Assembly: GCA_033442325.1 (NCBI GenBank)
Contig: JAWQFM010000029.1
Location: 787,139 to 798,848 of the forward strand
DNA from: Salpingoeca rosetta
Lineage: Eukaryota; Protista; Choanoflagellata
Direction of reading: 5' to 3'
Length of the DNA: 11,710 nucleotides
In this document: positions 10,236-11,710 of the stretch, one piece after another
Numbering within the stretch: the first letter of the stretch is position 1
Layout of the letters: each line of letters opens with the position of its first letter
The notes under the pieces: model-generated
What the model saw: the letters and a program-made list of their open reading frames with translations, nothing else
What the model was told of the DNA's origin: nothing
Database searches by the model: none
Position numbers and translations under genes: made by a program

Positions 10236-11035
10236 NNNNNNNNNNNNNNNNNNNNNNNNNNNNNNNNNNNNNNNNNNNNNNNNNNNNNNNNNNNNNNNNN
10301 NNNNNNNNNNNNNNNNNNNNNNNNNNNNNNNNNNNNNNNNNNNNNNNNNNNNNNNNNNNNNNNNNNNNNNNNNNNNNNNNNNNNNNNNNNNNNNNNNNNN
10401 NNNNNNNNNNNNNNNNNNNNNNNNNNNNNNNNNNNNNNNNNNNNNNNNNNNNNNNNNNNNNNNNNNNNNNNNNNNNNNNNNNNNNNNNNNNNNNNNNNNN
10501 NNNNNNNNNNNNNNNNNNNNNNNNNNNNNNNNNNNNNNNNNNNNNNNNNNNNNNNNNNNNNNNNNNNNNNNNNNNNNNNNNNNNNNNNNNNNNNNNNNNN
10601 NNNNNNNNNNNNNNNNNNNNNNNNNNNNNNNNNNNNNNNNNNNNNNNNNNNNNNNNNNNNNNNNNNNNNNNNNNNNNNNNNNNNNNNNNNNNNNNNNNNN
10701 NNNNNNNNNNNNNNNNNNNNNNNNNNNNNNNNNNNNNNNNNNNNNNNNNNNNNNNNNNNNNNNNNNNNNNNNNNNNNNNNNNNNNNNNNNNNNNNNNNNN
10801 NNNNNNNNNNNNNNNNNNNNNNNNNNNNNNNNNNNNNNNNNNNNNNNNNNNNNNNNNNNNNNNNNNNNNNNNNNNNNNNNNNNNNNNNNNNNNNNNNNNN
10901 NNNNNNNNNNNNNNNNNNNNNNNNNNNNNNNNNNNNNNNNNNNNNNNNNNNNNNNNNNNNNNNNNNNNNNNNNNNNNNNNNNNNNNNNNNNNNNNNNNNN
11001 NNNNNNNNNNNNNNNNNNNNNNNNNNNNNNNNNNN
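10236..11035. other. Assembly gap (800 N), probably containing most of the PH-domain exons
   Basis: Run of N. Confidence 1.
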
Positions 11036-11058
11036 TCAGCACCACCCCGTCGAGCCCT

Positions 11059-11198
<140 letters not shown>

Positions 11199-11287
11199 TG
11201 TTTGTGCTTGGGGAGGGGTGGAAGCGTGTTGTGTTAGGGCGTCAATGTGCGTGGTGCGTGGTTGTTGGTGGATGGTAGATGGTGACA

Positions 11288-11338
<51 letters not shown>

Positions 11339-11357
11339 CTGCGTTCTTGGGCATCAC

Positions 11358-11579
11358 CTGTTCTGCGTGTTCGCGTGCACTGATAACAAAACGAGTTGAA
11401 GGACGGCGTTGACCTGTCGTCGCAGCATTGGGAGGGGCGTGGAGTGGAGTGGTGGTAAGATGGATGCAGACGGTAAATGATAGCATTCACACATGCACAC
11501 CTGCACACAACGCACGCATGCACACTACATACTGCTTGCTCTGCGCTTGCGGCACTGTTGTCGCCTGCATTCTCGGCAG
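11358..11579 (-). CDS. Two candidate small internal exons (11579-11533 and 11413-11358), probably upstream exons of the PH-domain gene; frame unresolved
   Basis: TCTTTCCAG|...GCAAGCA|GTATGT and GACGACAG|...GAACAG|GTGATG, flanked by microsatellite-bearing introns. All three frames are open and no motif is recognisable. Confidence 0.4.
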
Positions 11580-11663
11580 CTGGAAAGACATCGCAAGGAC
11601 AACGTCAAGTGGATATCAGCAAGAAGCAAATCGCGACGGTGGTGGTGGTGCGCACAACGGACC

Positions 11664-11710
<47 letters not shown>

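Overview
Eukaryotic draft-assembly DNA, not prokaryotic: short GT-AG introns filled with (TG)n/(CA)n/(GTTGT)n microsatellites, GC-rich exons, a long CAA polyQ and three N gaps. This style suggests a choanoflagellate such as Salpingoeca rosetta (inference only). Most of the supplied ORF track is antisense, microsatellite or gap artefact. Splicing by hand gives six loci. (1) A minus-strand armadillo-repeat gene, ATG 916, running off the left edge. (2) A plus-strand multi-exon coiled-coil/polyQ gene (~1652-3650) whose acidic DPF-motif tail lies in a shifted frame. (3) An intronless tRNA-Leu(AAG) at 4011-4093 (-) with a T12 Pol III terminator. (4) A plus-strand CAMK-like kinase or pseudokinase (5622-6440) with a degenerate catalytic loop, a frame break and no subdomain X exon. 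(5) A complete 7-exon minus-strand secreted protein (9328-7121): signal peptide, cubilin-N-like segment, two tandem fibrinogen/COLFI-type head modules and a COLFI-like C-terminus, with no collagen helix. This is the most interesting element. (6) The 3' end of a minus-strand PH-domain gene ending at 9666. All domain calls are by-eye motif recognition; no database search was run.
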